DNA of 64,000 nucleotides. It comes from Candidatus Gottesmanbacteria bacterium. GTDB taxonomy: Bacteria; Patescibacteriota; Microgenomatia; 2-02-FULL-39-11. The stretch spans positions 861,892 through 925,891 of the forward strand of contig JACPKY010000002.1 in assembly GCA_016186795.1 (NCBI GenBank), in the 5' to 3' direction. This document shows, piece after piece, positions 1-9,113 of this stretch. Position 1 is the first letter of the stretch; each line of letters begins with the position of its first letter. A program made the position numbers and the translations under genes. The notes under the pieces are model-generated. The model had not been told where the DNA came from. It ran no database searches and saw only the letters and a list, made by a program, of their open reading frames with translations.

Positions 1-899
1 ATAAGCGCAAGATTGAATTTCTTAAGACCTTCCATTGTTTCGGAGATTATCCTTTCGTTGTTTCCTGCCAGGTGCAACCCTCCGCATATTCCGTATATTG
101 GGATTTCGGGGAAAAGATCACGCGCATGCGTGAGAACATTTACGACGCCTGCGTGGGAGCATCCGGAAAAAACAAAAATCCCTTTATCTTTTATATTCAC
201 TGCCACAAACCGCTCATCCATAATGAGCGGATCCGGCTGCCACGAATCTGTACCAGGCTCTCGTCTCATGTGGCCAGGGAATCCCGTTTCGTATTTGGTC
301 ACGCGGGGGATCTCTCCGCTGATATAAAACATACTGTCAGAAGTCAGCTGCGGATCTCTGGAATTTATGACATTTGTTCCGGCCTTTGTAAGCGCGTTTG
401 GGCTAGGAACTGATTCAAACCTGTCTATCTTCCCATCCGGTTTCATCATCCCCCGTTCAGCAAACATATCAGGATGAACAAAACAATCTACTTGCTCATG
501 CCCACGCTCCTTGACACATGCCTCAATCGCAGGCACAAGGCCGGCACCATGATCCCAGTGACCGTGAGAGAAAACAATAGAGTTGATAGAAGCATGGTCT
601 ATTCCGAGTATCTCGGCATTTCTCAAGTACGTTGATGCATCAGGACCAGTATCAAAAAGCAAAGAATGACCGACGTCACCCTGATGAGTGGTAATCAGTA
701 GAGAAAGCCCATGATGAGCGCAGCATGTGGCTTTACCAGACAGCTCTGTCAATCGGCCTTTCTGTTTAAGATATTTCCATTCAGATGATACGTTGTCTGG
801 ATTTGAGGACAAGCTATCAGTGGTATTGTCTACTAACACTAACACCTCAAGGCGGTCTATCTGTTTGAGATTATGTTTCTTCATGTTCATTTGCTTCAT
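1..899 (-). CDS. MBL-fold metallo-hydrolase (runs off the left edge; absent from ORF track)
   Basis: Manual translation: VLVDNT, CAHHGLS, LLFDTG, SHGHWDH metal motif, SGCSHAG, GGLHLAG; frame checked at both ends. Confidence 0.9.
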   Translation of the reverse strand, partial: MKQMNMKKHNLKQIDRLEVLVLVDNTTDSLSSNPDNVSSEWKYLKQKGRLTELSGKATCCAHHGLSLLITTHQGDVGHSLLFDTGPDASTYLRNAEILGIDHASINSIVFSHGHWDHGAGLVPAIEACVKERGHEQVDCFVHPDMFAERGMMKPDGKIDRFESVPSPNALTKAGTNVINSRDPQLTSDSMFYISGEIPRVTKYETGFPGHMRREPGTDSWQPDPLIMDERFVAVNIKDKGIFVFSGCSHAGVVNVLTHARDLFPEIPIYGICGGLHLAGNNERIISETMEGLKKFNLAL

Positions 900-912
900 T
901 TCCCAACTGGCG

Positions 913-940
913 GGAGACCATATACAAAGTTAGAACCTAT
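913..940. repeat. 28-bp exact direct repeat, copy 1 (att-like)
   Basis: GGAGACCATATACAAAGTTAGAACCTAT, identical to 9114-9141. Confidence 0.9.
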
Positions 941-971
941 TTTGCCTCCCTTAACTGCAATAACTAAGCCT

Positions 972-1412
972 TTATCCAATATCAAATCTAAAAAACCTTT
1001 CTGTAGTTTTTCCACCACTCTTCTCATAAAAATGATGAGCCCTTACTAGATCATTTCCACTATGTAATTTTATTACCTTAATGTTATTTTTACGGCAATA
1101 ATCTTTTATTGAGGAAAATAAAAATGTTCCAATCCCTTTACCACGAGCTTTTCCTGTAATGAAAAAATCTTCGATATGTCCTCTTTTGAGACCATGTCTT
1201 ATATTTGGTAAAAGATAAAAAGTTGCCAATCCTAACAATTGGCCCTTTTCTTCGACAATAAATATCTTTGTGTCAGTTCTACTGATTATTTCATCAAACA
1301 TATAACTGCCAACTTTTGAAGGTATATCTTTGGCTTTTATCATTAAACTAAATTCATCAAATAATTTAAGAACTTGAGTCTTATCATTCGATGTTGCAAC
1401 TCGAACATTCAT
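972..1412 (-). CDS. GNAT family N-acetyltransferase
   Basis: RGKGIG acetyl-CoA motif A, AHHFYEKSG motif B. Confidence 0.9.
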   Translation of the reverse strand: MNVRVATSNDKTQVLKLFDEFSLMIKAKDIPSKVGSYMFDEIISRTDTKIFIVEEKGQLLGLATFYLLPNIRHGLKRGHIEDFFITGKARGKGIGTFLFSSIKDYCRKNNIKVIKLHSGNDLVRAHHFYEKSGGKTTERFFRFDIG

Positions 1413-1450
1413 AGAAGATTTTATTAAAGGTTATAACTTGATATATTTTG

Positions 1451-1532
1451 CGGAGGGTACAGGACTCGAACCTGTAAGGGATTTCTCCCGCTAGTTTTCA
1501 AGACTAGTGCCATACCATTAGGCGAACCCTCC
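1451..1532 (-). tRNA. tRNA-Ser(TGA)
   Basis: Cloverleaf; anticodon arm CTAGT-CT TGA AA-ACTAG; long variable arm; GGTTCGAGTCC T-arm; G73. Confidence 0.95.
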
Positions 1533-1579
1533 GGAGCCCAATTATAGCAAGTTTGAAGGGAAAAAAATAGAAAAAAGGA

Positions 1580-2203
1580 TTACTTTGTTATTTCGTTTTC
1601 GACTAGACTTTTTAACTCCTCTGGTCCGGCAAGATTGAGTTTCTTGCCATTTAAAAAAAATGTGGGAGTGGCGTTTACTCCAAATCTCCCACCGTCTAAC
1701 ATATCCTGAGAGATTAACTCTTGTGTTTCATTACTTTCGAAATCTTTCGTAAATTGCTCTTTTCCCAAACCAAGGATTTGAATCGCGTCATTGAGAAGAT
1801 CATCAGATAAACCGTCCTGATTGTCAAAAAGGAAGTCATGCATTTCCCAGAATTTCCCTTGTTTGGAAGCTGCTATTGCTGCTTGGGCAGCTTTTTTCCC
1901 AAATGGATGTTGAAGGAGCGGAAAATGACGGTAGACAAAATATATTTTGTCCTGATTTGTTTTGACAATCCTATCTACAATTGGGGAAAATGCTCGACAT
2001 GCAGGACATTGGAAGTCCGAAAATTCAACAAGGTACGTTGTTGCAGTGGCTGAACCTGTTGCAGAGAGAGTAGCTTTTGGAATGAGTTCATCTTTTGAAA
2101 CCGTCGGCTCGGGTAGAGAAGAAAGAAAAAAAGCAACCCCAAAGATTGCCAGAATTGAAATAAAAATACCAATAAATAACTTTGTTTCTGCGGTGATTTT
2201 CAT
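1580..2203 (-). CDS. DsbA-family thiol-disulfide oxidoreductase
   Basis: N-terminal TM, EFSDFQCPAC, RHFPL, ATPTFFLNG. Confidence 0.92.
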   Translation of the reverse strand: MKITAETKLFIGIFISILAIFGVAFFLSSLPEPTVSKDELIPKATLSATGSATATTYLVEFSDFQCPACRAFSPIVDRIVKTNQDKIYFVYRHFPLLQHPFGKKAAQAAIAASKQGKFWEMHDFLFDNQDGLSDDLLNDAIQILGLGKEQFTKDFESNETQELISQDMLDGGRFGVNATPTFFLNGKKLNLAGPEELKSLVENEITK

Positions 2204-2637
2204 AGGAGTTTACCTATCGTATTTATGTAGCTTTTGAGGGTAAAGGAAAATATAACCATCATATTTAGAGCAGAAACTGCACACCACGTGCAGATAGCGC
2301 CAATAATGAAAATTTCTGTAAGTGTAAACCAAGAAACAAACAATATACCAAAAGTCGAAACCGCCAGTATTCCCAAAAGGAGTTTTTTATTGGAAGACAT
2401 TGTACGAAGAAACGCTAATAGCGCAATGATTGAATAGCCTACTAGTCCGAATGTCGGCACAGGGATTCCGAAGATATAACTCGATGGACTTTTCCGTACA
2501 ACCTCACATCCCGTATTAATACAAACAATTGACGTTTGCCGAAGAAAACTTTGCAAGACATAAATTGCAATAAGTACTCCAATGACAGAGAGGACAAAAA
2601 TAATTCGATTATCCCTATCGCTTGACGATTTCCTCAT
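2200..2637 (-). CDS. vitamin K epoxide reductase (VKOR) family protein
   Basis: 4 TM, loop Cys pair C-INTG-C, CTWC active site; overlaps DsbA gene. Confidence 0.92.
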   Translation of the reverse strand: MRKSSSDRDNRIIFVLSVIGVLIAIYVLQSFLRQTSIVCINTGCEVVRKSPSSYIFGIPVPTFGLVGYSIIALLAFLRTMSSNKKLLLGILAVSTFGILFVSWFTLTEIFIIGAICTWCAVSALNMMVIFSFTLKSYINTIGKLL

Positions 2638-2683
2638 AGTATTTTTCTTTGACGCTTATTATAATCGAAGCAGAGCCATATTC

Positions 2684-2699
2684 TGTGATATACATCACT
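2684..2699. promoter_or_regulatory. CRP-type box
   Basis: TGTGA-TATACA-TCACT, centred about -40.5 from a leaderless start (TACAAT at 2720-2725, ATG at 2732). Confidence 0.6.
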
Positions 2700-2731
2700 G
2701 TAGTATATTCATCGTACGCTACAATACCACT

Positions 2732-3163
2732 ATGCCTATACCACTAAATATCCTTGAATATCTCAAAAATAAGAAACAGAAATTTTGTACCCTTGCAACA
2801 GCAACCGCAGATGGAAGACCGCACGCGAGTATGTTGAAATACGCCATCATGGAAGATGGAACTCTTATCCTTGCCACGCACAAAAATACGAAGAAATGGT
2901 ATGACCTAACGGAAAACGGCCATGTAGCACTCGTTATAGGAACATCTTTTGAAGAATTAAACGTCCAAATACATGGCAATGCTACTATTGCAGATGAAAA
3001 TGGCAAGAAACAGATCGAGGCATATACTGCTACCCATCCATATCTTGGGGAAATTAAAGATAATCCAGATGTCGTGTTTATTATTATTCAACCAACATGG
3101 ATACGAACAACTGATTTTTCCAAGCAACCACCGGAGAAAACGGAGGCAACAATTCCTGTCTAA
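2732..3163 (+). CDS. pyridoxamine 5'-phosphate oxidase-like (split-barrel flavin-binding) protein
   Basis: CTLATATADGRPH...TKKWYDLTENGHVAL; start moved to ATG 2732. Confidence 0.85.
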   Translation: MPIPLNILEYLKNKKQKFCTLATATADGRPHASMLKYAIMEDGTLILATHKNTKKWYDLTENGHVALVIGTSFEELNVQIHGNATIADENGKKQIEAYTATHPYLGEIKDNPDVVFIIIQPTWIRTTDFSKQPPEKTEATIPV

Positions 3164-3168
3164 ATCGT

Positions 3169-3372
3169 ATGTGCTTTACCATACCGGCACGAGTCCTAAA
3201 ATCGTCTCATAACTTGGTAACTGTTGAAGGAGGAAAAACAGTTCTATTAGGAAATGACCTCACCGTTAAAAAAGGTGAGTATGTCCAAGTTGTAGGCAAT
3301 ATGGCGGTTGGAAAACTCTCGTCACACGAAGGACTACGCATAAGAAAACTTATTCGGTCTCTAAACCAATAA
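3169..3372 (+). CDS. hypC: HypC/HupF-family hydrogenase maturation chaperone
   Basis: N-terminal MCFTIPARV, 67 aa, GEYVQV; hydrogenase context. Confidence 0.8.
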   Translation: MCFTIPARVLKSSHNLVTVEGGKTVLLGNDLTVKKGEYVQVVGNMAVGKLSSHEGLRIRKLIRSLNQ

Positions 3373-3373
3373 A

Positions 3374-4291
3374 ATGACAGATACGATAAAGCGGGGTTTA
3401 GTTTTTGCACTTTTTGCGGCGTTCATCTCCGGATTTTCCATTTTTTACAACAAGCTTATTATTGTCAAAGGTATTGATCCACAGATATTCAATATTCTCA
3501 AAAATGGCGGGGCTGCAGTGGTTCTTTTTTCTTATCTTTTGGCGAGTAAAAAAATAATCTCTCTCACCAAACTTTCAACATCCTCTTTCGGGAAACTTCT
3601 TTTTATTGCATTTATCGGCGGAAGTATTCCCTTTATTCTCTACTTTGAGGGACTGAAAACAACTCCGGCGCTGACTGCAAACATTATCCAAAAAAGTATG
3701 TTTCTGTGGGTTGCAATTTTTGCAATTCCAATCTTGAAAGAAACAATCAACCGGTGGCAACTGATTGGATATTTTCTTGTTTTGGGAAGTAATTTTGTAA
3801 TCGGTGGATTCCAAGGATTTGCAGGAAATGTTGGTGAACTTCTTATTTTTGCTGCTACTCTTTTCTGGTCTTTGGAAAATATTATTGCAAAAGATGTACT
3901 GAAAAATGTCGATGCAACTGTCGGAGCGTGGTCGCGAATGTTTCTGGGGGCTCTTATTATTGGAGGATTTGTGGCGTTTCAGGGAAAACTTGGGCTGCTC
4001 TTTTCTCTAACACTATCTCAAATTCTGCCGATTTTCGTAAGTATTATACTCCTCACTTTGTATGTCACAACCTGGTATAAGGCTCTGAAACTTGCTCCAG
4101 CAACAGCTGTAACCGCTATCCTTATCCTTGCAACCCCCATTACGAATATCCTCACAATGATCTTTATCACCCACACACTCAGCGGTGAACAGATGATCCA
4201 AGCAGGAGTCGCTTTCCTTGGAGTTATTTGTATAGCACTTCTTTCATCTCGTGTGATAATACCGATCCCGACTCGTCTTGGACACACATGA
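3374..4291 (+). CDS. EamA/DMT family transporter
   Basis: About 10 TM in two repeats; YFEGLK, ILKETI motifs. Confidence 0.88.
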   Translation: MTDTIKRGLVFALFAAFISGFSIFYNKLIIVKGIDPQIFNILKNGGAAVVLFSYLLASKKIISLTKLSTSSFGKLLFIAFIGGSIPFILYFEGLKTTPALTANIIQKSMFLWVAIFAIPILKETINRWQLIGYFLVLGSNFVIGGFQGFAGNVGELLIFAATLFWSLENIIAKDVLKNVDATVGAWSRMFLGALIIGGFVAFQGKLGLLFSLTLSQILPIFVSIILLTLYVTTWYKALKLAPATAVTAILILATPITNILTMIFITHTLSGEQMIQAGVAFLGVICIALLSSRVIIPIPTRLGHT

Positions 4292-5013
4292 ACTACCAGG
4301 GACTGAAACTTTGTAGCAAATATGCATTCCCCCCTAACTCTCTTTCTCTTTGCGGACCCCAAAAACAATCTGAACTTTCTTGGTATACAAAAATAGGAAA
4401 AGTAGATAGAGGTGTAAAAGAAATTCTAACTCAATTTTCTACTCTCTATCCGTATCTTTGTCTCATCGCCCGCGAAAACAAAATCAAAGACCCTTTTGAC
4501 TCACGTGTCGTTGAAGCGTATTGGCTTGGAAATACACTCCTCCATTCTATTCCAATCTCACATTTTTCAAATCATATAAAAGAAACGCTTGGTCTAAAGA
4601 AAAGGATAAAAAGGGCTGAATTAGAAAAAACGCTGCAAAAACTTCCGCTTGGTGCACTTCCCCACCATGCATTTCACGTCATGAATATTTATATCCGCAC
4701 CGGACATCTGGGTATACCACACACTATTGAGACAATGGATGCATGCCTTATCAACTGGGGGAAAGTTGTCGATGTTCATCCGACCTTTGTAATTGTTAAT
4801 ACACAAGCACTTATTGAATCTCGTGGTAAATTACATTTCCAGAATGGGAAAAGAAGAAAGATCCAAACATATTCCCGTTCTTTTGTAGTTGGTGATTTTA
4901 TCTCGTATCACTGGGGGTGGGCATGCGAAAGACTAACTGCTGCAAAACTTCGTAACCTTATTTTCTACACGAATCGTTCTTTTGGACTAGCCAATATACC
5001 GTCCCTCCAATGA
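4288..5013 (+). CDS. DUF6390-like hydrogenase-associated protein
   Basis: KYAFPPNSLSLCGP, DPFDSRVVEAYWLGN, PHHAFHV, C-terminal VGDFISYHWGWACERL. Confidence 0.75.
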   Translation: MNYQGLKLCSKYAFPPNSLSLCGPQKQSELSWYTKIGKVDRGVKEILTQFSTLYPYLCLIARENKIKDPFDSRVVEAYWLGNTLLHSIPISHFSNHIKETLGLKKRIKRAELEKTLQKLPLGALPHHAFHVMNIYIRTGHLGIPHTIETMDACLINWGKVVDVHPTFVIVNTQALIESRGKLHFQNGKRRKIQTYSRSFVVGDFISYHWGWACERLTAAKLRNLIFYTNRSFGLANIPSLQ

Positions 5014-5399
5014 AAAGAATCATCCTTGTTGTAGGCAACGAATTTCTGCCAATGGATAATAAACCGATAAAACTTTTGCCCTTTTTGGGGAAATTATTTC
5101 CCGAATTTCATTTCCTCCACTTCGATCCTACAGAGGAGCTGCCGGAAAATATCGGAGATTCTCTTGTTTGTATTGATACGGTCTCTGGAACTACAAATGT
5201 GAAATGTATTACTTCGCTTCAAAGTTTTTCTCAACCCCCTCGAAACTCTGTTCACGATTTTGACCTCTATACCCAACTATCACTTTTACAAAAAATGGGG
5301 AAACTAAAAAAACTGTTTATCATTGGAGTTCCTCAAAAGGGAAATTTTGCTCGTATCAAAAAAGAGATAAAAGAAATTTTTACTTCCAGTGGATTTTAA
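5010..5399 (+). CDS. hydrogenase maturation protease-like protein
   Basis: VVGNEFLPMD, CIDTV, SVHDFD, IIGVP match the HycI/HybD pattern. Confidence 0.7.
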   Translation: MKRIILVVGNEFLPMDNKPIKLLPFLGKLFPEFHFLHFDPTEELPENIGDSLVCIDTVSGTTNVKCITSLQSFSQPPRNSVHDFDLYTQLSLLQKMGKLKKLFIIGVPQKGNFARIKKEIKEIFTSSGF

Positions 5400-6672
5400 G
5401 GAAATGAGAGGCGCAACTCATACAAGGATCGTAGGCTCGAACGATACGTTCTACTTCGTATTCTATCTTCTCTTTTGAATCAATATTTGCAATATTTTTT
5501 TCCAGGAACTTTCGAATACTTCCCTCGATGCTTATTTGGTTTTGTCCGGTGGGCACAACAATTCTCCCAGTTTTTATTTTCCCGGATGCATCCACTTCAA
5601 GTTTATAATAGAGTGCACCACGGGGTGCCTCAATAACTCCTATGCCAGTTCCTTCTTGTCGTTTAATTGGAAGTGGTTTTTCGGGTAGTACCCTCAAATT
5701 TTTTAAAATATCAATCGATGAATCAACCGCATGGAGAATCTCAATTGCCTGAGCAAGATTGTTATGAAAGATATTCTTTGACGGAAAAACCTCGAGGTAT
5801 TTCTTTGTGCTCTCCTTCGTTTTCGGATGTAAGTATTGTTTTGCCAGATTGAGCCGTGCCAGGGCACCAACCATATAGACGTTCCCATCGAATCGGTACC
5901 CTGATGCATGCGAGTAAGGAATAACAACGTGTTCAAGATATTCTCCATATTTTTCTGAATCGACACTTTCTCCATCGCTTCGAATAAGATTTCCGTAAAG
6001 GAATGAATACTCACTATCTACAACTGCGGCAAAATCCAGATCGTCAATAATAAGTGTTGTATCTTTTTCAAAAAAAAGTTTAATTAGATCAAGAATACGC
6101 GGACGAGTGGCTTGAAGCTCTGCCAACGACTTTTGCAGTTCTTCATGAAGAGGAAGTCTCGTAAATCCTCCTACTGTAGCAAAAGGAGCATGAACAGATC
6201 TCCCTCCTACAACAATACTTAGGTTATTTCCCGCAGCCTTTACCGCAAATGTATCATCAAGATACTTATGTTCCAGGCTGTTTTGCACGTCAAAATCTAA
6301 GATTGAATCCTTTCCGAAAATATCAGGCAGAACAAACACATACAGGTGAAGCCCATGATCTCGAATGATGAGTCCGAAATTGAGAAGTTTCCGTAGAAGT
6401 ATTGTTTGCAAAGTGGGTTGCAACTTTAACGCATTTTCAACTGCTTTTATCGCACAGAGAAGATGTGCGTTGGAGCACGTACCACAGATTCGTGCAGTAA
6501 GTTGGGGAAGAGCAACAACATCTTTCCCTCGGATCGCCTGGGTATAGAACCGTTTATACTCGGCAATGGTAAACTTCACTTCTTCAACGTTTCCTTCTCG
6601 AACTTTGATATCGCACGATGCTTTCCCCTCTATTTTGGAAATATCAGCAATCGTTAGATCAAGTGTATGCAT
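5380..6672 (-). CDS. [NiFe] hydrogenase large subunit, group 3b-like
   Basis: SKIEGKA, L1 RICGTCSNAH, EAPRG, L2 RAYDPCMSCASH plus 7-aa cleavable tail. Confidence 0.93.
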   Translation of the reverse strand: MHTLDLTIADISKIEGKASCDIKVREGNVEEVKFTIAEYKRFYTQAIRGKDVVALPQLTARICGTCSNAHLLCAIKAVENALKLQPTLQTILLRKLLNFGLIIRDHGLHLYVFVLPDIFGKDSILDFDVQNSLEHKYLDDTFAVKAAGNNLSIVVGGRSVHAPFATVGGFTRLPLHEELQKSLAELQATRPRILDLIKLFFEKDTTLIIDDLDFAAVVDSEYSFLYGNLIRSDGESVDSEKYGEYLEHVVIPYSHASGYRFDGNVYMVGALARLNLAKQYLHPKTKESTKKYLEVFPSKNIFHNNLAQAIEILHAVDSSIDILKNLRVLPEKPLPIKRQEGTGIGVIEAPRGALYYKLEVDASGKIKTGRIVVPTGQNQISIEGSIRKFLEKNIANIDSKEKIEYEVERIVRAYDPCMSCASHFLKIHWK

Positions 6673-6697
6673 AGAGAAAATCCCAAACGAAAAATCT

Positions 6698-7192
6698 TCA
6701 ACCCACAATACCAAATTCTTTTAGATACGTATCCAAAACCGAAACAAAAACTTTCTCATCCATCGGACATCCAGGAACATTCGCATCGACAGGAACAACA
6801 TCACTCACTTTCTTTACTCTTTCAGCATACTGGAAACGAATAATTAACTCTTCTATTTCTTTTTTTAACTCTTCAGGAAAGAGATTTCTCTGCATCGATG
6901 GCATCCCGACACATGCACACGCACCAATAGCGACAAGTTTTTTTGCTTCTTTTCTGATCAAAAGAAGCTGCTCTTCTTGTTTTTTTGATGTTATTGCTCC
7001 TTCGATAAAAGCAACATCGAGATTTTTTATTTCACTTTTTTTCTGCAAAACTATGGCTGAGCAAAATTCTATCCTGGGTAACCACTCTTTGTAATGCTCG
7101 TTGAGAAGTTCTGTAAAGAGAATCGTTGAGTCCTCACAGCATGAAAAGGAAAACCATCCAACTCGGAGTTTCTTTTGAATACTATCCCTCAT
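6698..7192 (-). CDS. [NiFe] hydrogenase small (delta-like) subunit, short
   Basis: SCCEDS, FIEGAI, VAIGACA, VPGCP; only 164 aa. Confidence 0.88.
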   Translation of the reverse strand: MRDSIQKKLRVGWFSFSCCEDSTILFTELLNEHYKEWLPRIEFCSAIVLQKKSEIKNLDVAFIEGAITSKKQEEQLLLIRKEAKKLVAIGACACVGMPSMQRNLFPEELKKEIEELIIRFQYAERVKKVSDVVPVDANVPGCPMDEKVFVSVLDTYLKEFGIVG

Positions 7193-7229
7193 ACGTCACA
7201 TTATAGTACAGTATTTCTTTCGGTTTTTT

Positions 7230-7245
7230 GGTGATTTCTCTCACG
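7230..7245. promoter_or_regulatory. CRP-type box between hydrogenase genes and crp
   Basis: GGTGA-TTTCTC-TCACG in the 74-bp divergent intergenic region. Confidence 0.5.
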
Positions 7246-7266
7246 TTTGCTATACTCTCACCATCT

Positions 7267-7917
7267 ATGGAACAACCTGTTTCAAAAAAGTCACACGATT
7301 TTTTCTCATCATTTCCACAACTTAGTATCAAACGGGGAAGGATACTCATTCATCCATACGACATTTCTAATATCATCTATTTTGTCGAAACTGGATTTAT
7401 ACGCCAGTATATTATCTCAGAATCGGATACGGAAGTAACTGTTAATATCTTTAAACCGTTCTCCTTTTTTCCCATGATGGGAATCATTACCGATTTAAAA
7501 AATAAATACTATTTTGTTGCAGCTTCTGACTGTCGAGTACGACGTGCTCCGGGTAGTCAGGTTCTAGAATTTGTCAAAAAAAATCCGGATGTTTTATTCG
7601 ATCTTTTGAAACGCGTGTATATCGGAGTGGATGGGCTCTTAACACAACTGGAACAGCTTATGTCAGCCGATGCCGAAAAACGCATTACCACGCTTCTTAC
7701 ACTTTTGGGAAAACGCTTTGGAGAAAAGGAAGAAAAAGTTGCTGGAAGACTCAAAATCCGCTTCACACATCAGCAACTTGCATCTCTTACGGGACTTTCT
7801 AGAGAAACAGTTTCCCGACAGATGAAAAAGTTAGAACGCGAAAACTTTTTTAAGATTTCTTCAGGGTATATTTGTCTTCTTCCTCCATCATTTCGGAAGA
7901 AACGTATTCTCTCGTAA
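7267..7917 (+). CDS. Crp/Fnr family transcription regulator
   Basis: cNMP-like domain plus HTH THQQLASLTGLSRETVSR. Confidence 0.93.
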   Translation: MEQPVSKKSHDFFSSFPQLSIKRGRILIHPYDISNIIYFVETGFIRQYIISESDTEVTVNIFKPFSFFPMMGIITDLKNKYYFVAASDCRVRRAPGSQVLEFVKKNPDVLFDLLKRVYIGVDGLLTQLEQLMSADAEKRITTLLTLLGKRFGEKEEKVAGRLKIRFTHQQLASLTGLSRETVSRQMKKLERENFFKISSGYICLLPPSFRKKRILS

Positions 7918-9063
7918 GAATTTCGCAACAGACTCTGCAACAATCCTCGTACCCTCCGCATTGAAGTGTGCGTCAATGGGAAAAAAGGAGTAACCATTGT
8001 CTCGATTTTTATCAAACTCGGGAAAAAGATCAAACACCGAGATACCTTCCTGCAAGAGAGTTTCCTTAATCCGCTTTTGGATAAAATCTTCATTTCCTTT
8101 TTGCGGGTACCACTTCATCCCAAACCGTGAATATTTCTGGCCTGACTCTGGATAGAGTTGCACATCAACCGGCATCAAAACAACAATAAACTTGCTGTTA
8201 TGTTGCTCTACTAATTGCTTCATGGCTGTAATAAGCGTATACAACTTCTGTTCTTCAGGGCCGAAGAGATGAATACAGTCTGGGTGCAATACACATCCCA
8301 TCATTAATTCCCCTTTTGTCGACAACTGTTCAGACCGTCTGAAAAAAGGGAAATATTTTCCCAATGTATCAGAGAGAAGAATAAAAAAATGCGATTCCCG
8401 TAAAAGCGGGTACCGGTATTTAAAATCAATGACTTTATTTCGGAAAATCCGCTCGTCAACGACATGGCAACAGGACTCGATGCGTTCCGGAAGACCGGAG
8501 GTATCTACTTTTTCCCAACTATTTTCGGCAATGTCAGATATATCGTTCCAGACGAACAGATTTAGAATTACAATATCCGGCTTCAGCTGGATTCCGCTAT
8601 TTTTAAGATACACATAGAATGTGTCAGGACTAAGTCCTCCGACGTATCCCCCATTTATCACCTCAACATTGGAGTTTCCAGTGCTTTGTAAGAATTTCTC
8701 AAGTAAGTATGGATATGTCTCTTCATCACTTACTCCCCACCCGAATGTCATAGAGTCTCCGATTATTAAAATCCGTGTCGACCCTTCCCTTTTTTCTTTC
8801 GTAAACTCGCTATTACGGTACCCAAGACTATTTAGGGTAGCGTACGTATCGAATTCTCCTTGCGAATTTGTCATGTGACAGTTATAGCTTTTCCCGAGAG
8901 TAAACGGAATATTTGGATCTTCTGCGTAACAGTCGATAGAAAGTTTTACCGCCTGAGAATATGTTATTTGCGGAGAGAACGTGTGAATCAAAAGTTCTAG
9001 AACAAAAAAAGTAAAAAAACAAGTAAAAATCGAGAAGAGGAAAATTTTAAGAGTTTTTTGCAT
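7888..9063 (-). CDS. SGNH/GDSL hydrolase family, membrane-anchored
   Basis: NSLGYR, IGDSMTFG, WND, DAHFN. Confidence 0.88.
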   Translation of the reverse strand: MQKTLKIFLFSIFTCFFTFFVLELLIHTFSPQITYSQAVKLSIDCYAEDPNIPFTLGKSYNCHMTNSQGEFDTYATLNSLGYRNSEFTKEKREGSTRILIIGDSMTFGWGVSDEETYPYLLEKFLQSTGNSNVEVINGGYVGGLSPDTFYVYLKNSGIQLKPDIVILNLFVWNDISDIAENSWEKVDTSGLPERIESCCHVVDERIFRNKVIDFKYRYPLLRESHFFILLSDTLGKYFPFFRRSEQLSTKGELMMGCVLHPDCIHLFGPEEQKLYTLITAMKQLVEQHNSKFIVVLMPVDVQLYPESGQKYSRFGMKWYPQKGNEDFIQKRIKETLLQEGISVFDLFPEFDKNRDNGYSFFPIDAHFNAEGTRIVAESVAKFLRENTFLPK

Positions 9064-9113
9064 ACTGGCCTTTGCTATTTCTATTATCGATCATAACAGT
9101 ATGCAAAAAGGCA

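Noticed and set aside
13-933. Plus-strand ORFs 13-327, 72-413 and 727-933
   Set aside because: Shadows of the minus-strand MBL-fold gene, which the track missed because it has no stop in the window.
913-940. 28-bp repeat as a dif site or CRISPR repeat
   Set aside because: No ATAA-N6-TTAT Xer symmetry; only two copies 8.2 kb apart; no spacers or cas genes.
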